Shown here: one piece after another, positions 42,916 through 52,788 of the stretch | Position numbering within the stretch: the first letter of the stretch is position 1 | Layout: each line of letters opens with the position of its first letter | NCBI GenBank assembly: GCA_027730605.1 | Contig: JAQCGN010000002.1 | Location: 1-58,327, forward strand | DNA: 58,327 nucleotides | Origin: Actinomycetota bacterium | GTDB lineage: Bacteria > Actinomycetota > Actinomycetes > S36-B12 > UBA5976 | Direction: 5' to 3' | Notes under the pieces: generated by a model | What the model was told of the DNA's origin: nothing | Databases searched by the model: none | What the model saw: only the letters and a program-made list of their open reading frames with translations | Translations under genes and position numbers: made by a program

Positions 42916-43989
42916 CTAGAGAGTTACACCAGTCTTAATTGAGCCGTCTTTTAGTCCAGCTACAACACCAGCGACTTTGTCTTGAACGTCCATAGGAACG
43001 ACAGAGGCAAAATCATGGTAATCAGAAATACCAGCTGATCCAACAAAGTTTCCGCCAGCAATTGAACCATCAAATGCTAAGTTCACTAAGTCAGATGTTC
43101 CTTCAGTCAGACCTTTGACTGCTGAAGTAATCAAACATGGTTGTGCTTCTGGAACAGTGAACCATTGATCAGTGTCAACACCGATACAAAATATTGCAGT
43201 TCCTGCACCTTCTGCTTTTGCAATTTCAATCAATGCGCCGTTACCAGTTCCGCCACCTGCACCGAAAATGATGTCTGCACCTTGAGCTAATTGCTTCTTA
43301 GCTTCGGCTGCTCCCCATACAGGATCACCGAAAGCATTATCGGCTGGTGGATGGTAAACAGTTGTCACAGCAACACTTGGATTTGATGCTTTGGCACCTG
43401 CTTCAAAACCCTTAGCAAATAGTTGTACTGGTGCAATTTCTAGACCAAGAACTGAACCAATTTTATTGGTCTTTGTCATTAATCCAGCCAAATATCCTGC
43501 ACCATAACCTGCTTGATCTTCAGGGAAAATCAAACCTGTTACGTTAGCAACTTCTTCGCCTTGGAATTGATCCACACCGATGAACTTGGTGTTTGGATTA
43601 GCTTTCGCTGCAGTAACTGTGGCTTCTGCCATCAAGAAACCAACTGTGACGATTACGTCATAGCTCTTGTCGGTGAATTGTGCCATGTTTGCTGCATAGT
43701 CTTTTGTGTCGGTTGTCTCTATGTATTTATAGAAACCGTCAACTTCTGCTGCTGCTGCCATTGCACCTTCATGTGCAGATTGGTTGAATGACTTATCATC
43801 AACCTTTCCAATGTCAGTAACTAAACCAACGCAAAAACTTTCAGCTGCCGCGCAATTCGAATCATCTAGAACCGCTGCAGTAGTTTCTTCCATACCTTCT
43901 TCTGCTGCTGTATCTGTTGATCCACTGCTACAAGCTGCTAGTACTAACGCAAGAATTGATATTCCTGCTAATGTGCGCATGCGCTTCAT
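42916..43989 (-). CDS. BMP family (PnrA/Med-like) lipoprotein, ABC substrate-binding protein, probably for nucleosides
   Basis: 357 aa. Lipobox LAAC after the signal peptide. The DKSFNQSAHEG motif is typical of BMP proteins. Confidence 0.9.
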   Translation of the reverse strand: MKRMRTLAGISILALVLAACSSGSTDTAAEEGMEETTAAVLDDSNCAAAESFCVGLVTDIGKVDDKSFNQSAHEGAMAAAAEVDGFYKYIETTDTKDYAANMAQFTDKSYDVIVTVGFLMAEATVTAAKANPNTKFIGVDQFQGEEVANVTGLIFPEDQAGYGAGYLAGLMTKTNKIGSVLGLEIAPVQLFAKGFEAGAKASNPSVAVTTVYHPPADNAFGDPVWGAAEAKKQLAQGADIIFGAGGGTGNGALIEIAKAEGAGTAIFCIGVDTDQWFTVPEAQPCLITSAVKGLTEGTSDLVNLAFDGSIAGGNFVGSAGISDYHDFASVVPMDVQDKVAGVVAGLKDGSIKTGVTL

Positions 43990-44166
43990 TAACTAGTGCT
44001 CCTTTTTTTTATTTCTCCCATTTGGGAACTTTCCAGTGTCAGAAGTTTTCACAGCTGACATTGCAAACAATACGCCTAATTTGGATAGATTTATCTTTGT
44101 ACATGGATGAATTCAACTACGTGATGAAAGCGTTATGAAACTTTTGTTACTGATGTGAATCAAGTT
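43990..44166 (-). promoter_or_regulatory. Promoter and leader region of the BMP-ABC-add operon
   Basis: This 177-nt gap is the largest inside the nucleoside cluster. An aaggag Shine-Dalgarno sequence lies about 10 nt before the BMP ATG. A short inverted repeat tgtcag-N12-ctgaca sits at 44047-44070. Confidence 0.3.
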
Positions 44167-45435
44167 TCAAGAGATGCGCTCGAGAATGATTTTTCTTTTT
44201 TCGCAAGGCTCCGAACCAATTGTGAACGCTGTTTTGAGAGCTTCTTTTGCCATTGGCAATCTAGCTGGGTCATCAATGTGAAGTTCCAAAACTGGTTGAT
44301 CTTTTTCAACAAAATCGCCCTCTTTTGCTAGACATATTATTCCCGCAGTTTTAGAAACGATGTCTTCTTTTTTAGCTCTACCTGCGCCTAATCTCCAGGC
44401 GGATAATCCAATTGCGTACGCATCAAGATCGGTGATGTATCCAGCCTTTGGCGCCAAGATATTTTCTTTTTTATCTGCAACTGGAATTTTAGCCTCTGGG
44501 TTTCCGCCTTGCGCAGTAATCATTTTTTTCCACGTAGCAAAAGCTGAGCCATCTTTAAGTGCCATAGCAGGATCTTTTTTTATTCCGGCTAGTTCTAACA
44601 TTTCTTGAGCTAGAGCCAAAGTTAGTTCAACGACATCTGCTGGACCTTTGCCATTAAGCACTTCAATTGATTCACTTACCTCCAAGGCGTTTCCAACAGC
44701 ATTTCCAAGTGGTGTTTCCATTTGAGTTATTAATGCAATTGTTTTCACTCCTGCGGCATTGCCTATCTCAACCATTGTTTCTGCTAACTGTTTAGCCCGT
44801 GAAACATCTTTCATGAATGCTCCACGTCCAGCCTTTACATCTAACACCAAAGATTGTGTGCCTTCAGCAATTTTTTTGCTCATAATTGACGATGCAATTA
44901 AGGGTATACATTCAACTGCGCCAATAACATCCCTGAATGAATACATTTTTCTATCCGCCGGAGCTAAACCAACACCTGCTGCTGAAATAAATACACCAAC
45001 GTCTTTCAACTGATTAATCATTTGATTATTTGATAAGGAAATATTAAAACCTTCAACAGATTCCATTTTGTCTAAAGTCCCACCAAACGTTCCTAATCCG
45101 CGACCTGAAAGTTGAGGAACGCCTGCCCCAAATGATGCAACTAGTGGGCATAGTGGAAGTGAAATTTTATCTCCAACTCCACCGGTTGAATGCTTGTCAA
45201 CAGTTGGTTTTCCAACTGTTGACAAATCAAGTTTTTCCCCACTATTTACCATGGCGTTTGTCCAATAATTAAGTTCTTGTTTATTCAACCCTTGAAAAAA
45301 GATTGCCATAAGAAATGAGCCAGCTTGCTCATCGGGAATTTCATTTTTGGTGAATCCATTTATAAACCATTTAATCTGTTCTTCGCTGAGAACCCCACCA
45401 TCGCGTTTTGTGTAAATCAAATCTTGAAAATTCAT
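44167..45435 (-). CDS. deoA: Thymidine / pyrimidine-nucleoside phosphorylase
   Basis: HSTGGVGDK motif. I prefer the ATG at 45435 (MNFQDLIY), which overlaps the SDR stop as ATGA. The track start is 45447. Confidence 0.92.
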   Translation of the reverse strand: MNFQDLIYTKRDGGVLSEEQIKWFINGFTKNEIPDEQAGSFLMAIFFQGLNKQELNYWTNAMVNSGEKLDLSTVGKPTVDKHSTGGVGDKISLPLCPLVASFGAGVPQLSGRGLGTFGGTLDKMESVEGFNISLSNNQMINQLKDVGVFISAAGVGLAPADRKMYSFRDVIGAVECIPLIASSIMSKKIAEGTQSLVLDVKAGRGAFMKDVSRAKQLAETMVEIGNAAGVKTIALITQMETPLGNAVGNALEVSESIEVLNGKGPADVVELTLALAQEMLELAGIKKDPAMALKDGSAFATWKKMITAQGGNPEAKIPVADKKENILAPKAGYITDLDAYAIGLSAWRLGAGRAKKEDIVSKTAGIICLAKEGDFVEKDQPVLELHIDDPARLPMAKEALKTAFTIGSEPCEKRKIILERIS

Positions 45436-46184
45436 GCCACGCTCCAACCACCGTCAACAATTACAGAAATACCGGTTATTCCAGATGCTTCATTGCTTAA
45501 TAAAAATAGAACTGTCTTTGCTACCTCTAAAGAAGTTACCGGTCGTTTAAATGGTGATTTTTCATTCCATTTAATTAATCCCTCAGGCCAAGATTGTGCT
45601 AAACCATCTCGCTCTATTAATCCTGGGGCTACTGCATTACATCTAACGCCTAATGCTGCTAATTCAATGGCAGCTAATTCTGTGTACCGGGTAAGAGCTG
45701 CCTTACTTGATGCATAAAGTGAATGATTTGGAAATGGGAATTGGGCTTCAACTGAAGTAATGTTCACAATTGCATTTCCTGGTTTGAAGATTTTTAAACA
45801 GGCTTTGACAATGGCTTGTGGGGCTAAAACATTTGTCATCATTATCGACTCCAAGACTGAGTCATCCAGTAGATCTGTTGGGTCAAGTGATTGATCTCCC
45901 GCATTATTAATCAAATAATCAATTGTTGGAACCTTTTGCAATATTTCGGAGATGAATTTTTCAGCAACATCATCAAGATTTCCCTTTGATAAATCACATT
46001 GAACGGCAAAAGATTTGCCCCCACTATTATTTATTTGGGAAACTACTTCTGTTGCGCCCTTTTGATTTGAATTAAAATGTATAACGACATGTGCGCCATT
46101 TTTAGCTAGTTGAATAGCTATCTCTTTACCTAAACCTGAACTTGCTCCAGTTACTAATGCAACTTTGTTATCAAATGAATTCAT
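45432..46184 (-). CDS. SDR family oxidoreductase
   Basis: 250 aa. Contains TGASSGLG, NNAG and the YASSK catalytic motif. Confidence 0.85.
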   Translation of the reverse strand: MNSFDNKVALVTGASSGLGKEIAIQLAKNGAHVVIHFNSNQKGATEVVSQINNSGGKSFAVQCDLSKGNLDDVAEKFISEILQKVPTIDYLINNAGDQSLDPTDLLDDSVLESIMMTNVLAPQAIVKACLKIFKPGNAIVNITSVEAQFPFPNHSLYASSKAALTRYTELAAIELAALGVRCNAVAPGLIERDGLAQSWPEGLIKWNEKSPFKRPVTSLEVAKTVLFLLSNEASGITGISVIVDGGWSVA

Positions 46185-47491
46185 CTTTTTCCTATGTGAT
46201 TTCTTGCTTGAGAAATGATCTGATTTATTTCAACTTTAGTAGGAATTCTGTCAACAATTACTGGATCTCCTGCAACCAACACATGCACAACATCACTTCT
46301 TCCTGCTGCATATACAAGCAGTCCATGAAGATCTCCAATTGGAACTAGGTGTGGTTGATCCAGATCTAGCACAATTAGGTCTGCTTCTTTCCCTACTTCG
46401 ACACTGCCTATTCGATCTTGCATTCCAAGTGCCAGTGCTCCTGCATAAGTTGCAGCGCGTACTACTTGGGCAACTGGAATTGCTGCAGCATCGTTTGTAA
46501 TTAATCTTGCTAAATTTGCAGCTGATCTCATCACATTCCACATATCCAAATCATTACTTGATGAACAGCCGTCTGTGCCAAGGGAAACATTAATACCTTT
46601 TTGTTGTGCTTTTACCCACTCAAATGCTCCGCTGGCGAGTTTCAAATTTGATCCTGGGCAATGCGAAAGACTAACTTTATTATCTTTTATTATTTGTCTA
46701 TCATCATCTGTTAATTTCACTGCATGAGCAAAAACTGCATTATCTAAGGCTTGAGCATCCTTTAATACTTTTGTTGGAGTTTTACCAAATCTCTTAATGA
46801 CATCATCATTTTCTGTTTGATTCTCTGAAATATGGGTGTTAAATATTGCTCCAATTTCTTTGCAAACTTGTGCAACTTCTGCTAAATGCTCTGGAGAAAC
46901 TGTGTAGGTTGAGTGAGGTTGAGCAACTAAAGGCGTATACGGCCCACCTATTTCTTTTACTACTGTTGGCCAGTTTCTTAAATGCTCAATTCTTTTATCC
47001 CATTGCAACCCATCAGGACCTTCAAAATCAAAAAATACTGGACCAATTAAATGGCGCAACCCAACTTCAACTGCACCTTTGTGAGCCATGTGTGGATGTA
47101 AATACATATCTAATGTGCAAGTAGTTCCTCCAAGTAAAGCTTCAAGTGCACCTAATTTTGCACCAATATATGTGCCGTTTTCATCCATAATTCTTGCTTC
47201 TTCAGCCCAGACTTTTTCTAGAAAACCTTGAAGATCAACATCTTCAGCAACTCCGCGCAACAACGACATTGGAGTATGTGTGTGAGTGTTTATTAATCCA
47301 GGCATCACAAGATGATGAGAGCAGTCAATAACTTTACTTGATTGCCATTGATTTTCTAAATCAATTGGCACAATTCCAAATATTTTTTCATCTTTTATGG
47401 CAATACTTACATTTCTTAAAACTGAAGAATTTTCATCAACTACCACAACATAAGATGCGTTGTGCAGAATTAAATCAACGGAAGTTGTCAT
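46181..47491 (-). CDS. Amidohydrolase, MtaD/TRZ-ATZ-like nucleoside deaminase (MTA/SAH/adenosine-type)
   Basis: 436 aa. PGLINTHTHTPMSLLRG carries the metal-binding HxH, and HxxE and D motifs occur later. The stop overlaps the SDR start as ATGA. Confidence 0.75.
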   Translation of the reverse strand: MTTSVDLILHNASYVVVVDENSSVLRNVSIAIKDEKIFGIVPIDLENQWQSSKVIDCSHHLVMPGLINTHTHTPMSLLRGVAEDVDLQGFLEKVWAEEARIMDENGTYIGAKLGALEALLGGTTCTLDMYLHPHMAHKGAVEVGLRHLIGPVFFDFEGPDGLQWDKRIEHLRNWPTVVKEIGGPYTPLVAQPHSTYTVSPEHLAEVAQVCKEIGAIFNTHISENQTENDDVIKRFGKTPTKVLKDAQALDNAVFAHAVKLTDDDRQIIKDNKVSLSHCPGSNLKLASGAFEWVKAQQKGINVSLGTDGCSSSNDLDMWNVMRSAANLARLITNDAAAIPVAQVVRAATYAGALALGMQDRIGSVEVGKEADLIVLDLDQPHLVPIGDLHGLLVYAAGRSDVVHVLVAGDPVIVDRIPTKVEINQIISQARNHIGKR

Positions 47492-47492
47492 A

Positions 47493-48233
47493 CTATTTAG
47501 ATAATATCTTTATGGCTTCATCTAAAACTAATACAACCTTTGATGCTGAAGTTTTCACAACTTTTTGTACATCGTGCATTGTTATTTCTTCATCACTTAA
47601 TCCTGCAGCTGGATTTGCCACAATACAAATGCTGGCATAACGCAAACCTTTTTCAACAGCTAGTACTACTTCAGGCACTCCAGTCATACCAACCATGGTT
47701 ACACCCATTTGTTTTGCCATTTGAATTTCAGCTTTTGTCTCAAATCTAGGTCCTTCGAAACCACCATAAATTCCACCGTCAGAGACAGTTATATTCAAAT
47801 TTTTGCAACTTTGAATTAATACTTTTCTTAAGTCCTGGTTATAGGGCTCCATCATATCAACATGATTGACTCCCTCATCACCATCAAAGAATGTTGAAAT
47901 TCTATTTTTTGTGAAATCAATAAAATCATTAATAATTTGTAATCCGCCCACAGGCACTGTTTGGTCAATTCCTCCGCAAACATTTACTGCAAGCACATCT
48001 TTTACCCCAAGGTCAACTAAGGCTTGAATATTTGCTCGGTAATTAACTTTATGAGGTGGTACCGAATGTTTGGTGCCATGTCTAGTTAAAAAGTATGTTA
48101 CTCGATCATGCCAAGTACCTTTAGTAACTTGCGCAGGTCCATATTTAGTTTCAATAACTTGTATTTCAGGATTTTTTAACTCCGAGATTGAATAAAAGCC
48201 TGTTCCAGCAATAATTCCAATTGGTTCCTTCAT
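47493..48233 (-). CDS. MTAP family purine nucleoside phosphorylase (methylthioadenosine or methylthioinosine phosphorylase-like)
   Basis: 246 aa. Contains IGIIAGTG, FLTRHG, EGPRFET and VGMTGVPE. Confidence 0.8.
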   Translation of the reverse strand: MKEPIGIIAGTGFYSISELKNPEIQVIETKYGPAQVTKGTWHDRVTYFLTRHGTKHSVPPHKVNYRANIQALVDLGVKDVLAVNVCGGIDQTVPVGGLQIINDFIDFTKNRISTFFDGDEGVNHVDMMEPYNQDLRKVLIQSCKNLNITVSDGGIYGGFEGPRFETKAEIQMAKQMGVTMVGMTGVPEVVLAVEKGLRYASICIVANPAAGLSDEEITMHDVQKVVKTSASKVVLVLDEAIKILSK

Positions 48234-48234
48234 A

Positions 48235-48630
48235 TTATTTTAATTGACTTCCGTCAAATGCATCAGGCAATAAATCTTTTAATTTTTTTGGTCCATCGTT
48301 ATGGTCAATTATTAATTCCGATCCTCCGTGTTCTTGCAATAATTGGCGACATCTGCCACAAGGTAATAAAATTCCTGGTTCAGGTCCAACACATGAAAAT
48401 GCAATTAGTCTTCCACCCCCGGTTAGGGCTAATTGTGAAACTAGTCCACATTCTGCACAAAGTGTTAATCCATACGATGCATTTTCCACGTTGCAGCCTG
48501 AGACAATTCTGCCATCATCAACAAGGGCTGCAGCTCCAACAGCAAATTTAGAATAATTAGCATAAGCATTTTTTTGAGCTTTTCTTGCTTCACTTCGAAG
48601 CAATTCCCAATCTATATTTTTATTATTCAT
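48235..48630 (-). CDS. cdd: Cytidine deaminase
   Basis: 131 aa. Zinc motifs CAECG and PCGRCRQ. Confidence 0.92.
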   Translation of the reverse strand: MNNKNIDWELLRSEARKAQKNAYANYSKFAVGAAALVDDGRIVSGCNVENASYGLTLCAECGLVSQLALTGGGRLIAFSCVGPEPGILLPCGRCRQLLQEHGGSELIIDHNDGPKKLKDLLPDAFDGSQLK

Positions 48631-48678
48631 GATGGACCTAAGACTACGCCTTTATATGTTTATAGAAAAACCTATGGT

Positions 48679-50226
48679 CTAGATTAATGCGTTAACTTGG
48701 CCAATTAGTGGGTTGTGAGAAATTTCCTCAGCACTTCGAAGTAATGACACAGCAGTTCTTCTGCGCCACAAATCTTCAGGACGTTGCACCATTTCAGTTT
48801 TTACAATGTATTTGCACTCACCCAGAGTCAAATCCAGTTCCGGAAAAATCCTTTCTAGATTTCTAGAGTCATCTTTGAATAGTTCAAGAATTTCAAATGA
48901 CTCGTTTCCATGACGTCTCCAAATAGCAGGAGCTATAAAATCAATATCAGATTCTGTTGTTGAACTTAAATTAGAAAACTCACTATTGAATTGATTGAAC
49001 TTTTCTGAACTATCTTCTCCATACCATTTTTTTATTTTGGTAACTTTTACCCCTAAATTTTTAACAAATCTAACAACTTCTTCTCCAACATTCACACAAT
49101 CTGTTAATTTTCCACCAAATATTGTAATAATTTTTCTTTTTTTGTTAACTTCAATTTCATGCTTTCTTGATAAAGCTGTCCACTCTATCTTTGAAACATC
49201 TTTTTTACCTTTAACGACTAAAGGCCTAACTCCACATCTCTCAGAAATAATGTCATCTTTAGTTAGCGGTTTAACTAGATTCAAACATCGATTGGCCTGC
49301 TCTAAAACGAAGTCTCTATCCTCATCTGTTACTTCACTACTTAGATTTTCAACTCTGGTATCGGTAGTTCCTATAACACTTCTATCTTGCATGGGAATTA
49401 CGTAAAATAATCTTCCTTTGTCATCAAAAAATGCTAAAACTCTGTTATTGGTAGTTAGCTTGGGCACTACAAGATGAATACCTTTTGAAAGTGCTAATTG
49501 GTGTAGCGTTTGGTCATGAAATTTTACTGTTAAATCCTTGCCCCAAGGACCGCCTGCGTTTATTACAATATCTGCATTTATATCAAATTGTTCATCACTT
49601 ACTTCATCTTGAAGATGTAAAACCCATTTCCCATTTTCTTGTGTTGCATCTTTCATCGAAACATAATTTGTGACAACTGCTGAGTGATCTATTGCACTTT
49701 TGATAAAGTCCCAAACAAATCGAGCATCATTGTCAATTAAGAGAGCATCGTCATATCTAACAGATCCTCGTAAACCATTTGAATTTATTAATGTTTCTAT
49801 TTCTAAAGTTTCTTGAGGTGAATAAACTTTAGGAGATTTAGTTTTGAATCTGCCTAAAACCCAATATAGGTAAATTCCAAGTGCACCTAAAAATCTTCCA
49901 AATGGTGCAGTCGGACCAATTGCTGCAAGAAATGAAATCACTTTAATTCTATTTGGAAAAGCTTCTAGCATGTGATTTCTAGATCCACATAAATCCCACA
50001 CAAGTGGAATCTCGTAAGTTTGCAAATACTTAATTCCACCCCAAACCATGTTTGAGGATTCTTGACTTGTTACACCTGCAAAATCTCCACGATCAATTAA
50101 GGCAACTTTGACTCCCCTTGCGGCAAGTGCAGCAGCCGATACAGCGCCATTTATTCCGCCTCCAACTATTGCAACCTCAAATATTTGATTTTTGAGTTTA
50201 TGTAGTTGAGCCGAGCGAGTATTCAA
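48679..50226 (-). CDS. glpD: FAD-dependent oxidoreductase, glycerol-3-phosphate dehydrogenase (GlpD)-like
   Basis: 515 aa. The N-terminus IVGGGINGAVSAAALAARG...SSNMVWGGIKYL parallels the GlpD pattern GGGINGAG...SSKLIHGGLRYL. Confidence 0.6.
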   Translation of the reverse strand: MNTRSAQLHKLKNQIFEVAIVGGGINGAVSAAALAARGVKVALIDRGDFAGVTSQESSNMVWGGIKYLQTYEIPLVWDLCGSRNHMLEAFPNRIKVISFLAAIGPTAPFGRFLGALGIYLYWVLGRFKTKSPKVYSPQETLEIETLINSNGLRGSVRYDDALLIDNDARFVWDFIKSAIDHSAVVTNYVSMKDATQENGKWVLHLQDEVSDEQFDINADIVINAGGPWGKDLTVKFHDQTLHQLALSKGIHLVVPKLTTNNRVLAFFDDKGRLFYVIPMQDRSVIGTTDTRVENLSSEVTDEDRDFVLEQANRCLNLVKPLTKDDIISERCGVRPLVVKGKKDVSKIEWTALSRKHEIEVNKKRKIITIFGGKLTDCVNVGEEVVRFVKNLGVKVTKIKKWYGEDSSEKFNQFNSEFSNLSSTTESDIDFIAPAIWRRHGNESFEILELFKDDSRNLERIFPELDLTLGECKYIVKTEMVQRPEDLWRRRTAVSLLRSAEEISHNPLIGQVNALI

Positions 50227-50402
50227 TTCTTACCTTTCTTACTGGCGTGATTATCAATTTATAAACATAATATATCGAATCTATTGTCTGGGAAAGTCGA
50301 GTTTTAACTTAGATTGTGATTAAACCATTAAAACCTTTTTGTGTGGAATTTGGTCTAATCGCTGATTAATGAGAGAATGAAAATAGAGAATTTGGAAAAA
50401 AC

Positions 50403-51218
50403 TTGTTAAAAAGATTGTTAGTTTCATCAACTTTAATCGGTGCACTCTTTCTGACCGCTTGTTCTAGTGATGCCTCAATGGGTATGTCAGATTCGACAGT
50501 TAGTTCAGTACCTGCGACAACTAGTGAAATGCTTGTTGAAAATAAGGTTGCACTTGATCGATCTGTCATTAAGACTTCTTCCTTGACAATTAGAGTTAAA
50601 AATGTTGAGAAGTCAGCGCAAGAGGCTCAAAACCTAGCTATTTCATTTGATGGCAGAGTTGATGATTTTTCACAGTATAAAAATCCAGGAAGCCAAGACA
50701 CTTTTAGTGCAAATTTAACAATAAGAGTTCCAAGTGTAAATTTAGAAAAAGCACTTGAGGGTTTTAAGGTCTTGGGTGATGTTGAAAGCTCATCACTTTC
50801 TGCAAGTGATGTGACAGTGCAAAAACTTGATCTAGATGCCCGAATAGCAGCATTAGAAACCTCAATACAAAGATTTAAAGATTTAATCTCAACTGCTACT
50901 AATACATCTGACTTAATAGCGGCTGAAACTGCTTTATCCGAACGACAAGCAGAGTTAGATAGTTTAACGGCACAATTAAAGTATTTATCAGATCAAGTAG
51001 AAATGTCAGTTATTTATTTATCTCTTCTACCTAATGATTCGTTTGCAGCAATTAAGCCAATTGGCTTTATTGCTGGAATTGAAAAAGGGTTTATTGCCTT
51101 ACTAAATGCGCTAGCTAATTTGACCTCAATTCTGGGTTATGTTCTTCCATGGGTCTTAGTTTTAGCAGTCGTAATCGTGATTTGGAAGATAATTGCAAGG
51201 ATGAGAAGGAACAGATAA
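50403..51218 (+). CDS. DUF4349 domain lipoprotein
   Basis: 271 aa. Lipobox LTAC, a central coiled-coil segment and a C-terminal TM helix, which is the architecture I remember for DUF4349. Confidence 0.7.
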   Translation: MLKRLLVSSTLIGALFLTACSSDASMGMSDSTVSSVPATTSEMLVENKVALDRSVIKTSSLTIRVKNVEKSAQEAQNLAISFDGRVDDFSQYKNPGSQDTFSANLTIRVPSVNLEKALEGFKVLGDVESSSLSASDVTVQKLDLDARIAALETSIQRFKDLISTATNTSDLIAAETALSERQAELDSLTAQLKYLSDQVEMSVIYLSLLPNDSFAAIKPIGFIAGIEKGFIALLNALANLTSILGYVLPWVLVLAVVIVIWKIIARMRRNR

Positions 51219-51243
51219 TCGACTTGGCATAATTAGTTAAATC

Positions 51244-52182
51244 ATGCCAAGTGTTTTAGTCATCGGGGAAGCTCTGATTGACGTTGTGTATTCGCAAGGT
51301 GAATCGGTAAAAAATATTCCGGGTGGGTCTCCAGCAAATACAGCTGTTGCTTTGTCTCGTTTAAATACAAAAACTTTTATGAAAGCTAGAACTTCTAGTG
51401 ATGAATTTGGAATTTTGATACGAGAATATTTGATTAAGCAAAATGTTGACCTTAAATATTCGCTGACTGTAGATGAGCCGTCTTCTGTGATTGATGCTCT
51501 AATTCTTCCTGATGGTTCAGCCAAATATTCAGCTAATTTAAAAGGAGCTGCAGATTATGGTTGGAATTCAGATGAACTTAATCAAGTATTAGATTCAGAC
51601 ATAAAAATTATTCAACTTGGATCTTTAACTTCATATATTGAACCTGGTGGCACAAATATTGAAATTTGGATTCAAAATTTAAAGAACTCAAATAACTTTT
51701 TATTAGTATTTGATCCAAATATCAGACACCCACTTGATGGTCAGGAAGAAAGCTTAGTTAAAAAAAGAGCCAAGAAACTCGCAAGTATTGCCCACCTAGT
51801 TAAAGCAAGTGATGAAGATTTAAAATGGATCAATCCTGATAAAACTATTTATGAAACTGCCGCTGAATTAATTAATAATGGCACCAAAGTTGTTGTGATG
51901 ACGCTGGGTAGTGGTGGTGCTGTAGCTGTAACAGAAAATTATCAAACTAAACAAATTTCTGCACAAAAAATTAAAGTTGTAGACACCATAGGAGCAGGAG
52001 ATACATTTTCTGCAGCCCTAATTACACAATTACTAGAACGAGAAATTCAACATCCAGATAAAATTGGGCAGCTTAGTAAAACTGAACTTGAAGAAATTCT
52101 TACCAATTGCGCTGAAGCAGCAGCTATTACGTGTTCTCGTGAAGGGGCTAATCCCCCTCTGCGACACGAAGTGTCTTGGTAG
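51244..52182 (+). CDS. PfkB family carbohydrate kinase (fructokinase-like)
   Basis: 312 aa. Contains GGSPANTA near the N-terminus and DTIGAGDTF near the C-terminus. Confidence 0.8.
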   Translation: MPSVLVIGEALIDVVYSQGESVKNIPGGSPANTAVALSRLNTKTFMKARTSSDEFGILIREYLIKQNVDLKYSLTVDEPSSVIDALILPDGSAKYSANLKGAADYGWNSDELNQVLDSDIKIIQLGSLTSYIEPGGTNIEIWIQNLKNSNNFLLVFDPNIRHPLDGQEESLVKKRAKKLASIAHLVKASDEDLKWINPDKTIYETAAELINNGTKVVVMTLGSGGAVAVTENYQTKQISAQKIKVVDTIGAGDTFSAALITQLLEREIQHPDKIGQLSKTELEEILTNCAEAAAITCSREGANPPLRHEVSW

Positions 52183-52206
52183 CATCATGTGTCTAACTAG
52201 GGAGAT

Positions 52207-52788
52207 GTGTTGACAACTTTAAGTGCTTCACCTTTTGTGATTGATTCAATTTGGCAAAGAACTAGAACTTCTGCTTTTGTACAGATTTCAGCATTAACAA
52301 CTTTGACTATTTTGAGTGCCCAAATTATTGTTCCTTTACCTTTCACTCCAATCCCCTTTACGATGCAAACTTTTGCCATTCTTTTTGGTGCTGCTGCCCT
52401 AGGACCAACTAAATCTTTTATTGCCCAATTTGCTTACTTATCATTAGCCGCTTTAGGGTTTCCAATTTTAGCTGGCGGTAAAGGTGGGTTTCAAGCAATA
52501 TTTGGTGCAACTGCGGGTTATTTAATTGCCTTTCTAGTTGCAAGTGTTGTAGTGGGAAAACTTGCTACCAAGATAACAACAAAAAGATTTCAAGGTGTTC
52601 TCTTTGGTTATTTAATTGGAACATTGATTATTTATGTTTTAGGAGCTACTTGGTTAGCCATATATACAGAAAAAGGAATTAGCTATGCGATCACAAGTGG
52701 GGTGCTCCCATTTGTTATTGGAGATATCATCAAAGCTGCACTTGCCGCATCACTTCTTCCTATCTCTTGGCGATTAGTTAATAAATAA
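52207..52788 (+). CDS. bioY: Biotin transporter BioY
   Basis: 193 aa with 6 TM helices. Contains PFTMQTFAILFGAAALGP and GYLIAF. The start could be GTG at 52207 or TTG at 52210. Confidence 0.85.
   Translation: MLTTLSASPFVIDSIWQRTRTSAFVQISALTTLTILSAQIIVPLPFTPIPFTMQTFAILFGAAALGPTKSFIAQFAYLSLAALGFPILAGGKGGFQAIFGATAGYLIAFLVASVVVGKLATKITTKRFQGVLFGYLIGTLIIYVLGATWLAIYTEKGISYAITSGVLPFVIGDIIKAALAASLLPISWRLVNK

Noticed and set aside
50227-50402. Possible small gene or operator repeats in the divergent spacer between the GlpD-like gene and the DUF4349 gene (short direct repeats agagaat x2 and attaaa(a)cc x2)
   Set aside because: The only ATG-initiated frame is 3 codons long. The repeats are 7-9 nt in A/T-rich DNA and could easily arise by chance. 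This is probably just divergent promoters.
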